Shown here: piece after piece, positions 15,393 to 23,841 of the stretch
Layout of the letters: the number at the start of each line of letters is the position of its first letter
Position numbering within the stretch: the stretch's first letter is position 1
Origin: Mucisphaera calidilacus
GTDB taxonomy: Bacteria > Planctomycetota > Phycisphaerae > Phycisphaerales > Phycisphaeraceae
Assembly: GCF_007748075.1 (NCBI RefSeq)
Contig: NZ_CP036280.1
Location: 3,454,542-3,486,541 of the forward strand
Direction of reading: 5' to 3'
DNA: 32,000 bases
Position numbers and translations under genes: made by a program
Notes under the pieces: generated by a model
What the model saw: the letters and a program-made list of their open reading frames with translations, nothing else
The model's database searches: none
What the model was told of the DNA's origin: nothing

Positions 15393-16294
15393 GTGATCAG
15401 AAGGCAGATGCGGTTCGTGACACGGTTCGCGAGGGTTATTCGGAGATCGCAGAGATGGGTCAGTGGTCGGGTGTTCGGCCGGCGTCGCGTCGTGTGGTGG
15501 AGGCGGAGGGGTCGGGTTGCTGTGGCGGCGGATCGGGTGAGGGTGGCGGGTGTTGCGGGCCGGTGACGCTGACGGCGGATGACGTGGCGGTGGCGGTGGG
15601 TTATGCGAAGGAGGATCTGGCGTCGCTGCCTGAGGGAGCGAACATGGGTTTGTCGTGCGGGAACCCGACGGCGTTGGCGTCGCTTGTTGAGGGCGAGGTG
15701 GTGGTGGACCTGGGTTCGGGGGGCGGTTTTGACTGTTTCCTGGCGGGTCCGAAGGTGGGTGCGTCGGGTCGTGTGATTGGTGTGGACATGACGCCTGCGA
15801 TGCTGAGCAAGGCGCGGGGGAATATCGAGAGTTATCGGAAGCAGAGTGCGTTGGACAACGTGGAGTTTCGGCTGGGTGAGATTGAGCATCTGCCGATCGC
15901 GGACGGGGTCGTGGACGTGGTGATCTCGAACTGCGTGATTAATTTGTCGACGGACAAGGGGCAGGTGTGGCGTGAGATTGCGCGGGTGTTGAAGCCCGGG
16001 GGTCGTGCGGCGGTGTCGGACATTGCGTTGCTGAGGCCTCTGCCTGAGGCGGTGCGTGCGAACGCGGAGGCGTTGGTGGGTTGTGTGGCGGGGGCGGAGC
16101 TGGTGGAGGATGTGCTGGCGGCGATCGAGTCGGCGGGGATGGTGGAGGTGAAGCAGCGTGCGAAGCCGGAGTACATCGAGGCGATGGTGAACGCGGAGGA
16201 CCCGCTTTATCAGAAGATCGCGGCGGCGTTGCCTGAGGGCGCGAAGATCAGCGACTACATCGTGAGCCTGGACGTGGAGGCGAAGAAGGGGTGA
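15389..16294 (+). CDS. arsM: Arsenite S-adenosylmethionine methyltransferase
   Basis: GYSEIA, N-terminal Cys pairs (GCCGGG...GCCGP), [14 protein letters not shown] motif [23 protein letters not shown] and LVGCVAGA. The conserved ArsM cysteines all appear present. Confidence 0.9.
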   Translation: MSDQKADAVRDTVREGYSEIAEMGQWSGVRPASRRVVEAEGSGCCGGGSGEGGGCCGPVTLTADDVAVAVGYAKEDLASLPEGANMGLSCGNPTALASLVEGEVVVDLGSGGGFDCFLAGPKVGASGRVIGVDMTPAMLSKARGNIESYRKQSALDNVEFRLGEIEHLPIADGVVDVVISNCVINLSTDKGQVWREIARVLKPGGRAAVSDIALLRPLPEAVRANAEALVGCVAGAELVEDVLAAIESAGMVEVKQRAKPEYIEAMVNAEDPLYQKIAAALPEGAKISDYIVSLDVEAKKG

Positions 16295-16332
16295 ATGTTT
16301 TTCAGGCGGGGGTGGTGCCTGGCCGATGGGGA

Positions 16333-16348
16333 TGATATCATGATATCA
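16333..16348 (+). promoter_or_regulatory. Tandem palindromic candidate operator upstream of vapB
   Basis: TGATATCA TGATATCA: two abutting copies of an 8-bp perfect palindrome, 20 nt upstream of the vapB ATG and just upstream of RBS AGGAGG (16356-16361). Confidence 0.45.
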
Positions 16349-16367
16349 CTTTGATAGGAGGTGTTGG

Positions 16368-16619
16368 ATGGCACAGTTTGTGGTGCGGAACATCGAGGAC
16401 GATGTGCGTGACCGGCTGCGAGAGCAGGCGAAGGTTGCGGGGTGCAGCATGGAAGAGTATATTCGTGATATCTTGCGGGCGCACGCGTTGCGTGACCCGT
16501 CGGTGCCCCGGAAGGGACTGGGGACACTGATGTATGAGCGGTTTAAGGATTGCGGGCTCGACGAGCCGCTGGAGCAGTTTGATTGGGGTATCGCCAAGCC
16601 CATGGAGTTTCCGGATTGA
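16368..16619 (+). CDS. vapB: VapB/FitA-like antitoxin (Arc/MetJ ribbon-helix-helix, 'plasmid stability protein' type)
   Basis: MAQFVVRNIEDDVRDRLREQAKVAGCSMEEYIRDILR is the typical RHH N-terminus of FitA-type antitoxins. 83 aa. The stop overlaps the vapC start. Confidence 0.8.
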   Translation: MAQFVVRNIEDDVRDRLREQAKVAGCSMEEYIRDILRAHALRDPSVPRKGLGTLMYERFKDCGLDEPLEQFDWGIAKPMEFPD

Positions 16620-17035
16620 TCGTCCTCGACACGAACGTGTTGTCGGAGATGATGCGTTCGCGTCCGGATCCTCGGGTGATTGGCTGGCTGAATCGGCAGG
16701 CGCTTGAGCGGTTGTGGATTACCTCGGTCACCGTTTTCGAGAGTCGCTTTGGTATCGAGCGGATGGCTGCGGGGCGTCGCAAGAGTGAGATCGATGCTCA
16801 GTACCACGGCGTTGTTGCGGAGGATTTGAGGGGGCGTGTGTTGGATCTGGACGAGCGAGCGGCGGAATTGGCGGCGTCGATCGGTGCGCGGCTGCAGTCG
16901 GCGGGGCGTCCGATTCAGGTGAATGATCTGTTGATTGCGGGGATGGTGTCGGCGCGTGACGCGACGCTGGCGACGCGGAATGTGCGTCATTTTGATGACA
17001 CGGGGATCCGGACGGTGGACCCTTGGGAAGGGTGA
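16616..17035 (+). CDS. vapC: VapC/FitB-like PIN-domain toxin ribonuclease
   Basis: (M)IVLDTNVLSE ... VTVFES ... VNDLLIAGM ... LATRNVRHF carries the PIN acidic residues. I prefer TTG 16616 (TTGA overlap with the vapB stop) to the upstream TTG 16583 given in the ORF track. Confidence 0.8.
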   Translation: MIVLDTNVLSEMMRSRPDPRVIGWLNRQALERLWITSVTVFESRFGIERMAAGRRKSEIDAQYHGVVAEDLRGRVLDLDERAAELAASIGARLQSAGRPIQVNDLLIAGMVSARDATLATRNVRHFDDTGIRTVDPWEG

Positions 17036-17057
17036 CGGGGGCGGTGTATCGGCTGTG

Positions 17058-18908
17058 TCAGGGGATGGTGGGCGGTTCGAGTGTGACGGCGATGCGGACG
17101 CTCCCGGAGTCCGGGGCGGTGGCGTTGACGATGAGCAGGCGGTGTCCGGGGTTGGGTGCGTCGAAGTCGTTGGTGGGTGTGGCTTCGAGGGTGGAGAAGT
17201 CGGCGGCGGGGGTGGCGTCGACGGTGGCCCGGAGTGTTTGTTGTTGCTGGCGGAGGGTGGCTGTTGTGCCGTGGAGCGTGATGGTGGCGGGTGTCATCAT
17301 GGCCCAGCGGACGCGGTCGCCTGGCTGGAGGCCTTCGAGTTGGTCTTCGATGAGGATGTTGTTGTCCGGGGTGAAGGTGAAGGCTCGCGTGACGCTGGTG
17401 GCCTGGTCGCCAAAGACCGGGGTGAGGTCGTAGACGGCACGGGCCGGCAGGTTCTGGTCGGGGGTGGTGACGAGGGTTGCCTGTCCATCGACGCGGTGGG
17501 GCTGGTCGTTGATGGTGATTGTGTTGTGTGATTGGTGGTTGAGTCGGTAGATCTCCCATCGCTGGCTGTCCTGTTGTCGGCCCCAGAGATTGATGCCTCG
17601 TGATTCGAGGCTGTGGTAGTTCTGTTTGCCTAGGTCGGAGGCCCATCGGTGTCCTGCCGCGTCGAGGACGAAGGAGCCGGCGTCCATCTGTCCGTGGTTG
17701 AGGCTGGCCCGTCCGCCCTTGGTGGCGAGGAAGTGTGCGTTGGGGTCGTTCCACGCGGATCGGAAGATGGCGAGGGGTTGTTCGCCTTGGCCGTACCAGA
17801 CGGTGGGTTGTGGGGGTGTCGGCTCGTTGTTGTCGTCGAGTCGTGCCCACCAGACGGCGGCGAGGGGTGTGATGCGGTCGATGGACCCGGTCATGGCGTT
17901 CCAGTCGCGTGCGCGTTCGTTGGCGATGATGTCGGGTCGGTTGAGGTGTGCGGCGAACCAGAAGAGCGCGGATTTCTGCTGGTCTTTCTCGTCGCCATCG
18001 GAGTAGTTGAAGGGCAGTCCTGTGGGGCCGATGACGTGGGCGATGTAGTCGGCGGATTCGAGGAATCCCGGGGCGTGGCTGAGTAGGAGGTCGCTGCCGA
18101 GCGCGGTGTTGAGGGCGTCGAGGAGCATGACCTGGTAGCTGGTGCCGTAGACCCAGTAGGAGGGTCCTTCGGGGTAGACGCCATCGGGCGCGTAGGCGTG
18201 GAGGGCGAGGGGGTTTCCCTGTCGGACCTTGTCGAGCCAGCGTGCGGCGCGTTGGGGGTGTTGCTCGGCGGTGACGAGCATGGCGAGGGTGAGTCCGCCG
18301 AAGCAGACCTGGTTCCAGTTGTGGGTGCTGCGCATCCAGGCGAGTTCGCGTTCGCGTTTGGGGTCGTCGATGTGGCTGAGTGCGTGGTCCCAGAGCGCCT
18401 GTTGGATGTCGGCTCTGAGTTGGGGGTCGAGGTCGTGGTAGAGCCAGTCGTAGCCGATGGCGACGGCGGCGGCCATCTCGGCGACGTCGAGGTAGTGGGA
18501 GGGGTTCCAGTCGGTGAAGCCGATGACCTGTTGGATCTCGTCGGCGGCGCGGTGGAGGTAGGGTTTTTCGCCGGTGGTGTGGTAGGTGAAGGCGAGGACG
18601 AGGATGCGTCGGAGTGCTTCGCGTGAGACGGAGAGGAGTCGTCGGCCTTTCTTGTGGTAGACGACGGGGGGTTTGTCGAGCAGGTCCCCTGCGTTGTGTT
18701 CGAGGCGTGTGACGAGGGCATTGAAGTGGGGGTCGGTGGCGCGTTTGGCGCGGATGGTCTTCCAGGTATCGGGTTGCAGGAAGAGCCTGGGGTGTTCGCG
18801 GTTCATGTATCGGATGAGGGTCTGGTCGTGTGACATGTCGTCGGCGGCTGCGGTTGGGGCCATCAGTGCGATGAGCGTCAGGCAGAGGGCGGTGATGAGG
18901 TGGGTCAT
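17058..18908 (-). CDS. Heparinase II/III-like polysaccharide lyase family protein, secreted
   Basis: Signal peptide MTHLITALCLTLIALMAPTAAA. An N-terminal alpha/alpha-toroid-like region (NWNQVCFGG) is followed by LNHGQMDAGSFVLDAAGHRWASDLG, which matches the heparinase II/III H-x-D-x-GSF motif. Confidence 0.75.
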   Translation of the reverse strand: MTHLITALCLTLIALMAPTAAADDMSHDQTLIRYMNREHPRLFLQPDTWKTIRAKRATDPHFNALVTRLEHNAGDLLDKPPVVYHKKGRRLLSVSREALRRILVLAFTYHTTGEKPYLHRAADEIQQVIGFTDWNPSHYLDVAEMAAAVAIGYDWLYHDLDPQLRADIQQALWDHALSHIDDPKRERELAWMRSTHNWNQVCFGGLTLAMLVTAEQHPQRAARWLDKVRQGNPLALHAYAPDGVYPEGPSYWVYGTSYQVMLLDALNTALGSDLLLSHAPGFLESADYIAHVIGPTGLPFNYSDGDEKDQQKSALFWFAAHLNRPDIIANERARDWNAMTGSIDRITPLAAVWWARLDDNNEPTPPQPTVWYGQGEQPLAIFRSAWNDPNAHFLATKGGRASLNHGQMDAGSFVLDAAGHRWASDLGKQNYHSLESRGINLWGRQQDSQRWEIYRLNHQSHNTITINDQPHRVDGQATLVTTPDQNLPARAVYDLTPVFGDQATSVTRAFTFTPDNNILIEDQLEGLQPGDRVRWAMMTPATITLHGTTATLRQQQQTLRATVDATPAADFSTLEATPTNDFDAPNPGHRLLIVNATAPDSGSVRIAVTLEPPTIP

Positions 18909-18948
18909 GGCAGGGGTTCCCGGTGGGTGCTGGCGGCGCGGTGGTGTG

Positions 18949-20364
18949 TCAGTGGTCGTGTTTGCCTTCGAGTCGTTCGGCGAGGGTTTGTTTGGGTTTG
19001 CCGCGGATCTGGAGGTTGATGGGGACTTCGGAGTAGGGGAGTTCGTCGCGGAAGCGGTTGAGGATGAATCGCTGGTAGTTGGGGTTAAAGAGGTCGGGGT
19101 CGTTGACGAAGATGGTGACGGTGGGGGGGTGGACGGCGGTCTGTGTGGCGTAGTAGACCTTGGCGATCTTGCCGTGTTTCGAGCTGGGTCCGCGTTCGGC
19201 CATGATGGTCTCGACGACGCGGTTGATCTCGCCGGTGCCGACGCGGTGGTTGGCCTGTTCGTAGAGGTTGGCGACGAGGGCGAGCATCTCGCGCATGCCC
19301 TCCTCGTTCTTGGCGCTGATAAAGACGATGGGTGCGAAGGAGAAGCCCTTGAGTTCGTTGTCGAGGTACTCGGCGTATTCTTCTTCGGTGTGATTTTTCT
19401 CGGCGAGGTCCCACTTGTTGATGACGATGACGGTGGGCCGGTGGTGTTCGAGGATCTCGTGTCCGAGTTGTTTATCGACCTGTGAGATGGGGAGTGTGGC
19501 GTCGATGAGCAGGAGGCAGACGTCGGCGCGTCGGATGCTCCGGAGTGCGCGGTGGTGTGCGTAGTACTCGATGTCCTGTTTCATGGACTTTCGTTTGCGG
19601 ACGCCTGCGGTGTCGATGGCGGTGAAGACGCGTGTGGCGTTGCCGTCGTCGGTGGGGACTTCGAATCGGACGTCGACGGCGTCGCGGGTGGTGCCTTCGG
19701 CCTCGGAGACGATGACGCGTTGGTCGCCTGCGAGTGCGTTAGTGAGGGTGGACTTGCCGGCGTTTCGTTTGCCGACGATGGCGATGCGGATGCCGGGGTC
19801 GAGGGTGTCTTCGGGGGTGTCGGGGAGGTTGAGTCGGTCGATCTCGCGGCGGAGGGTATCGAGGAAGAGGCGTTTGTTGTGCCCGGTTTTGGCGGAGATG
19901 AAGAGGGGTTGTCCGAGTCCGAGTGAGGCGGCCTCGTAGGCGTCGGCTTCGAGTTTTTCGGCGTCGACCTTGTTGACGATGACGAGGCAGGGTTTGCGGT
20001 CGGTGCCTTTGCCCAGGGATTGCCGGAGGACTTCGGCGACGGTCTGGTCGAGGGGGACGACGCCTGTTTGCGCGTCGACGACGAAGAGGACGAGGTGTGC
20101 TTCGGCGAGCCCGTTGGCGATCTGTTGTTCGACTTCGCGGGTGAGGTTCTGGGAGTCCTTGATGCCGTAGCCGCCGGTGTCGATCACCTCGACGGGCCGC
20201 GGTTCTTCGCCGGGCTGTCCGGGGATTTCGGCGGTGGCGGCGATGCGGTCGCGTGTGACGCCTGCCATGTCGTCGACGATGCTGATGCGTCGTCCGGCGA
20301 GCATGTTGAGCAGAGAGGACTTGCCGACGTTGGGGCGTCCGACGATGACGATCTTGGGGAGCAT
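18949..20364 (-). CDS. der: Ribosome-biogenesis GTPase Der (EngA)
   Basis: Two tandem GTPase domains (GRPNVGKSS...DTGG; GKRNAGKST...DTAG, NKWD) and a C-terminal KH-like domain. Confidence 0.95.
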   Translation of the reverse strand: MLPKIVIVGRPNVGKSSLLNMLAGRRISIVDDMAGVTRDRIAATAEIPGQPGEEPRPVEVIDTGGYGIKDSQNLTREVEQQIANGLAEAHLVLFVVDAQTGVVPLDQTVAEVLRQSLGKGTDRKPCLVIVNKVDAEKLEADAYEAASLGLGQPLFISAKTGHNKRLFLDTLRREIDRLNLPDTPEDTLDPGIRIAIVGKRNAGKSTLTNALAGDQRVIVSEAEGTTRDAVDVRFEVPTDDGNATRVFTAIDTAGVRKRKSMKQDIEYYAHHRALRSIRRADVCLLLIDATLPISQVDKQLGHEILEHHRPTVIVINKWDLAEKNHTEEEYAEYLDNELKGFSFAPIVFISAKNEEGMREMLALVANLYEQANHRVGTGEINRVVETIMAERGPSSKHGKIAKVYYATQTAVHPPTVTIFVNDPDLFNPNYQRFILNRFRDELPYSEVPINLQIRGKPKQTLAERLEGKHDH

Positions 20365-20384
20365 TGCTTCTCGGGGTGTTGGGG

Positions 20385-21089
20385 TCAGGGGTTTTTGCGT
20401 TGTTGCCAGAGGCTGACGGCCTCGGGCTGCCGCCCGTAGGTGGGCGTGAGGGCCGACGGGTCACTGTAATCGCCAGCGTGTGCGGCTGCGCGCCCGAGCT
20501 GGTAGACGACGGCGGCGGAGCAGGTGGCGTGCTGATCGAGGAGGAGGTTGATGCCGAGGTCCCGGGCGTTTCGGGTGATGGTTTCGGGGAGGGTCTGGGC
20601 GATGAGGCAGTCGGGTTGCGGGTTGGCGAGGAGTTCGGCCAGGAGTCCGGCGTGGGGCTGGCGCGTGGGGGTGAGGGTGTGGCCGGTGCGTTGGTAGGCG
20701 GCGATCCAGGCGTTGTCGGCCTTGGTGTTGAGTGCGACGGCGATGTGCCGGGCGTCGGGCGGGGCGTTGTGGGCGAGGGTGTGCGTGGTGGGTATGGCGA
20801 CGACGCGTGCGGGCGTGGTGAGGGTGAGGGTTTGGGTGACGGCGAAGCCGACGCGCAGGCCGGTGAAGGATCCGGGGCCGGTGGAGAGGGCGATGGTGTT
20901 GAGTTGGCCGGGGTTGAGGCTGAGTTCGTGGAAGGCGTCGGCGAGTTGGGGGACGAGTCCGACGGAGTGTCTTCGTGCGGGTTCGAAGCTGCGGACGAGC
21001 AGGGGCTGTTCGTCGGTTCCGATGGCGATGGAGGCGGTTCGGCCGCTGGTTTCGATCGCGAGGAGGAGTCCGGGGTCGTCGGCGTTCAT
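20385..21089 (-). CDS. tsaB: tRNA t6A37 biosynthesis protein TsaB (YeaZ)
   Basis: Start at ATG 21089 (MNADDPGLLLAIETSGRTASIAIG...). TGPGSFTGLRVG motif. I counted 234 aa. The start overlaps the trpD stop (ATGA). Confidence 0.85.
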   Translation of the reverse strand: MNADDPGLLLAIETSGRTASIAIGTDEQPLLVRSFEPARRHSVGLVPQLADAFHELSLNPGQLNTIALSTGPGSFTGLRVGFAVTQTLTLTTPARVVAIPTTHTLAHNAPPDARHIAVALNTKADNAWIAAYQRTGHTLTPTRQPHAGLLAELLANPQPDCLIAQTLPETITRNARDLGINLLLDQHATCSAAVVYQLGRAAAHAGDYSDPSALTPTYGRQPEAVSLWQQRKNP

Positions 21090-22132
21090 CCGTCGGCGGG
21101 TTTCGAGAGTTCGGCGAGTTTGGCGAGGGTGTGTCGTGCGGCGCCGGAGTCGATGGCTTGTGTGGCGAGGGTGATGGCGTTGTCGAGGGTATCGGCGGCC
21201 TCGGCGATGACGAGTGCTGCGGCGGCGTTGAGCAGGACGGTGTTGCGGGGTGCGCCCTTGTCGCCGGCGAGGACGGACTGGATGAGGGCGGCGGATTGTT
21301 GCGGGTTTTCGACGGTGACTGCGCTGGTGGTGTCGGCGGCAAGTCCGAGCGCGGCGGGGTCGATGGTGTCGTGGGTGATGGTGTTGTTGCGGACGATGGC
21401 GACGCTGACGGGCGCGAAGGGTGTGAGTTCGCCGAGGCGTGTGCCGTCGGGCAGTTCGGTGGTGACGACCCACGCGTGCTGCGTGTCGAGTTTGAGGAGG
21501 GTTTCGGCGATGAGTTGCTGGGTGGCTGCGTCGCCGACGCCGAGGAGTTGGTGTTGTGCACCGGCGGGGTTGGTGAGAGGTCCGAGGAGGTTGAAGATGG
21601 TCCGGATGCCAAGCGCGGCGCGGACGGGTCCGGCGTGTTTCATGCCGGGGTGGTGAGCGGGTGCGAAGCAGAAGCAGATGCCGGCTTCGTCGAGGGCTTT
21701 GGGCAGGTGTGTGGGGGGCATGGGGAGGTTGACGCCGAGTTCCTGGAGGACGTCGGAGGATCCGGAGGCGCTGGTGACGGCGCGGTTGCCGTGCTTGGCG
21801 ACGGCGATGCCTTTGGGTCGTCCGGCGGCGGCGGTGACGATGGCGGCGGAGGTGGAGACGTTGAAGAATCGCGATCCGGTTCCACCGGTGCCGCAGGTAT
21901 CGACGATGCGCAGGCCGACGGGTGTGGTGACGGGGATGAGGTGTTTGCGCATGGCGCGTGCGCCGGCGGCGAGTTCGTCGGTGGTGGCGCCGCGGGCCTG
22001 GATGAGGGCGAGCATGGCGCCGAGCTGGATGGGGTCGGCGTCGCCTGTCATGACGGCGTCGAAGAGTTTTTCGGCGTCGTCGGCGTCGAGGTGGTGTCCC
22101 TGGACGAGTCGTGGGAGTGCGTCACGGATCAT
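21086..22132 (-). CDS. trpD: Anthranilate phosphoribosyltransferase
   Basis: VDTCGTGGTGSRFFNVSTSAA, VAKHGNRAVTS, RTIFNLLGPLTNPA. Confidence 0.9.
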   Translation of the reverse strand: MIRDALPRLVQGHHLDADDAEKLFDAVMTGDADPIQLGAMLALIQARGATTDELAAGARAMRKHLIPVTTPVGLRIVDTCGTGGTGSRFFNVSTSAAIVTAAAGRPKGIAVAKHGNRAVTSASGSSDVLQELGVNLPMPPTHLPKALDEAGICFCFAPAHHPGMKHAGPVRAALGIRTIFNLLGPLTNPAGAQHQLLGVGDAATQQLIAETLLKLDTQHAWVVTTELPDGTRLGELTPFAPVSVAIVRNNTITHDTIDPAALGLAADTTSAVTVENPQQSAALIQSVLAGDKGAPRNTVLLNAAAALVIAEAADTLDNAITLATQAIDSGAARHTLAKLAELSKPADG

Positions 22133-22159
22133 GCTTGGGTTTCTCGGAGGGTTTCGTGC

Positions 22160-22399
22160 TCAGGCGATCTCGGTGAGGATCCAGAGTGCGGCGGCGACGA
22201 GGACCATGAAGGCGATGATCTGGCTGCTCAGGACGAGGGTCTGTGCGGGGAGCTGGCTGAGGTCGGGTAGCTTGATGGCCTTGTAGATGAGGGCGACGGC
22301 GAGGGCGAGGGGGATCATGAGCCAGAGCCAGTGGTTCTCGAGGGGCAGGGGGTCGAGGAAGGGCCGCCAGGCGAGGGTGAGGGGCGTGGTGTCAGGCAT
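22160..22399 (-). CDS. Small two-TM membrane protein, hypothetical
   Basis: Start at ATG 22399 (MPDTTPLTLAWRPFLDPLPLENHWLWLMIPLALAVALIYK...). 79 aa with two hydrophobic helices and strong C-at-third-position periodicity, as in other minus-strand genes. It overlaps the upstream gene by 8 nt. Confidence 0.55.
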   Translation of the reverse strand: MPDTTPLTLAWRPFLDPLPLENHWLWLMIPLALAVALIYKAIKLPDLSQLPAQTLVLSSQIIAFMVLVAAALWILTEIA

Positions 22400-22874
22400 G
22401 GGCTTGTGCTCCGGCGGGGTCTTGCTGAGGGAGTCGGCCGGCGGGGTATCGGTAGGCGACGTCGATGATGGCGAGGAGGTTGAGGAGTCCTGCGAGGGCG
22501 GTGAATATCGTTCCCTGCTCGTGGACACGGTTCATGCTGGGTTCGAAGGGGGGTGTGGTGGCGGGTATACCCTGAACGACGGTGCCTTCGGGCGGCGGAG
22601 CCTGTCCGTCGAGGGTGAGGGATCGGTGCAGGAGGTCGACGAGGATGGCGGGAGCGACGAGGACCTGGCAGCCATACCAGGCGGGGTGGTTGGCCTTGTC
22701 GATGACGGAGATGCCGCCGATGAAGAGTCCCGCGGTCCAGAGGGTGAGGATGCTGAGGGCGAGGATGATGCCGCGGCGGGTTTCGCCGATGAGTGCGTGT
22801 CCGCTGCCGGGGATGAGCCATCCGGCGATGGCGGCGAGGATGTGCCATCGTGGCTGGTGGTCGTCTTGGGTCAC
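22392..22874 (-). CDS. Membrane protein, hypothetical (3-4 TM)
   Basis: 160 aa. WHILAAIAGWLIPGSGHALIGETRRGIILALSILTLWTAGLFIGG and a C-terminal TM. First gene of the minus-strand run ending with der. Confidence 0.6.
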   Translation of the reverse strand: MTQDDHQPRWHILAAIAGWLIPGSGHALIGETRRGIILALSILTLWTAGLFIGGISVIDKANHPAWYGCQVLVAPAILVDLLHRSLTLDGQAPPPEGTVVQGIPATTPPFEPSMNRVHEQGTIFTALAGLLNLLAIIDVAYRYPAGRLPQQDPAGAQAHA

Positions 22875-22935
22875 GGGTGGGTCACTCCGAGTTGCTTGGT
22901 GTCGGGCGTGGACGTTCGTGTCTCTTACTTTATGA

Positions 22936-22963
22936 TTGACACGGTGGACAGCTTCGATAGTGT
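22936..22963 (+). promoter_or_regulatory. Sigma70-like promoter (TTGACA-16-TAGTGT) for the acidic/basic gene pair
   Basis: TTGACA 22936-22941, 16-nt spacer, TAGTGT 22958-22963, in a locally AT-richer divergent intergenic region. Same geometry as the arsR promoter. Confidence 0.4.
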
Positions 22964-23054
22964 AACCGCCGCGTGACGACCGATGAGGTTTGAGGCGGGT
23001 CGCGTGCCCCGTCGGGGGGAGGCGTGGGAAGCGGAAGGCGACGTGGAGGCAACG

Positions 23055-23339
23055 ATGTCGGTTTCAGAAGCATTGAGTGAGCGGTTGATGGAAGCGGTGC
23101 CGTGGTCGGGTGGGTGCTGGTATGCGTCGTCGTCGGGTTGCCCGCGTTTCGTGGACGCGAAGGATGACGACGCGTTCGAGGATGATGACGACGACGTCTT
23201 TGATGACGACGACGAGGATGATGACGATTTTGAGGATGATGAGGACGACTTCTTCGACGACGAGGAGGACGACGACCTGTTCGACGACGAGGAAGATGAC
23301 GATCTGGATGGGGATGATCTTCTCGACGACGACGAGTGA
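23055..23339 (+). CDS. Extremely acidic small protein (hypothetical)
   Basis: ATG 23055 is preceded by GGAGG at 5-nt spacing. The N-terminal 33 aa (MSVSEALSERLMEAVPWSGGCWYASSSGCPRFV) show the G/T-ending codon periodicity of + strand genes. About 46 of the last 61 residues are Asp/Glu (hand count). Confidence 0.6.
   Translation: MSVSEALSERLMEAVPWSGGCWYASSSGCPRFVDAKDDDAFEDDDDDVFDDDDEDDDDFEDDEDDFFDDEEDDDLFDDEEDDDLDGDDLLDDDE
23154..23336 (+). repeat. Low-complexity (GAY/GAR)n tract encoding the D/E-rich tail
   Basis: Directly visible gat/gac/gag runs punctuated by ttc/ttt/ctg codons. This tract is what produces the poly-Ser and poly-Val antisense ORFs in the track. Confidence 0.9.
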
Positions 23340-23389
23340 TCCTTCTCTGGATTGCGGGTGAGCTCGTCGTCCTGACGGGTGCACCAACG

Positions 23390-23779
23390 ATGAGTGAGCG
23401 TGGACAATCGTCTCGGGGTGAGCACAAGGAACGGGGTCCGGACCGGCGCAAGTCGGTGGTGGATCAGCGGATGCCCGGCACGGGCCTGGAGCGTCGTCGC
23501 GGCCCGGGTCGTCGTCTGAGTGATTTTGCTCGGGCGGCGGAGGAGGGCGAGCTGAGCTCGGAGCAGTTTGCTTTCGTGAAGGCGATTGACGCGTACAAGC
23601 GTTCGAACGACCGTCCTTATCCGAACTGGACGGAGGTTCTTGAGGTGATCCGGAAGCTGGGTTACCGCAAGACGGCGTCGTCGGAGCTGAATCTGGCGGC
23701 GTTCGAGGACTGGACGGAGCCGGCGGATGCGCCGGCGTTTCCGGACACGTCGGACGTTTGGGAGGGCGAGGCGGCCTGA
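23390..23779 (+). CDS. Hypothetical protein with an Arg/Lys-rich N-terminus and a small helical C-terminal domain
   Basis: MSERGQSSRGEHKERGPDRRKSVVDQRMPGTGLERRRGPGRR... then FAFVKAIDAYKRSNDRPYPNWTEVLEVIRKLGYRK. Coding periodicity is good. An alternative start at GTG 23336 overlaps the acidic gene's stop (GTGA) and would add a hydrophobic 18-aa N-terminus. Confidence 0.6.
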   Translation: MSERGQSSRGEHKERGPDRRKSVVDQRMPGTGLERRRGPGRRLSDFARAAEEGELSSEQFAFVKAIDAYKRSNDRPYPNWTEVLEVIRKLGYRKTASSELNLAAFEDWTEPADAPAFPDTSDVWEGEAA

Positions 23780-23841
23780 GGGGAGTCTGAACGGGGGTTG
23801 GCCGGATCGGCTAAGGTCTTCGCTCTTCGGAGACCCGACTG

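Noticed and set aside
20364-22270. Two ~430-aa plus-strand ORFs (20364-21656 and 20975-22270) antisense to tsaB and trpD. Similar cases are 8450-9748(+) over iscS/iscR, 7201-7863(+) over iscA/iscU and 2096-2959(+) over the GHL10 gene.
   Set aside because: G/V/D/E/A-rich translations typical of antisense frames of high-GC genes. The + strand is depleted in A, so stops are rare. The opposite-strand genes are unambiguous.
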